Assembly (NCBI RefSeq): GCF_030684315.1
Contig: NC_081358.1
Location: 2,976,001 to 3,040,000 of the forward strand
DNA: 64,000 nucleotides
Source of the DNA: Stegostoma tigrinum
Taxonomy: Eukaryota
Direction: 5' to 3'
The notes under the pieces were generated by a model. It had not been told where the DNA came from. It was given only the letters and a program-made list of their open reading frames with translations, and searched no databases. The position numbers and the translations under genes were made by a program. Below are positions 63,973 to 64,000 of the stretch, piece by piece (the stretch's first letter is position 1; every line of letters starts with the position of its first letter).

Positions 63973-64000
63973 GTATGTGTTTCTATTCAGAACTTGCTCT

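Noticed and set aside
1-64000. CRISPR array or prokaryotic defence system suggested by recurring short palindromes
   Set aside because: The repeats are dispersed retroelement termini in vertebrate DNA, with no regular repeat-spacer array and no cas-like ORFs.

Overview
Eukaryotic genomic DNA from a cartilaginous fish (shark), judged from HE1/V-SINE-like and SacSINE1-like SINEs, CR1 LINEs and Penelope-like elements; the species cannot be determined here. The window covers germline variable segments of a rearranging antigen-receptor locus, most likely T-cell receptor gamma (TRG). Six apparently intact + strand V segments lie at about 18.2, 27.2, 29.4, 34.4, 41.3 and 46.8 kb. Each has a phase-1 leader exon, a GT-AG intron, a V-set Ig exon ending YYCAxW, and a 3' RSS with a 23-bp spacer (24 bp in one case). 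There is also one LINE-disrupted V pseudogene (53.5 kb), a dead leader relic (50.8 kb), two probable inverted V relics (33.0 and 52.9 kb), and the leader exon of a further V at the right edge (63.9 kb). No J or C exon was recognised. The V segments sit in an old tandem cassette with a period of about 17-20 kb, and a young gene-conversion-like tract links V2 and V6. The remainder is mostly retroelements, including a young CR1 with an uninterrupted ~900-codon EN-RT frame and many Penelope-like insertions. These carry minimal hammerhead-ribozyme motifs, are often head-to-head palindromes and have 8-17 bp target duplications. The most unusual object is a young multimeric insertion of a 379-nt non-coding unit with one hammerhead per unit (45.4-46.4 kb), resembling a retrozyme/circular-RNA copy. 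Most short ORFs in the supplied track are transposon debris or chance. Coordinates of degraded repeats are approximate.
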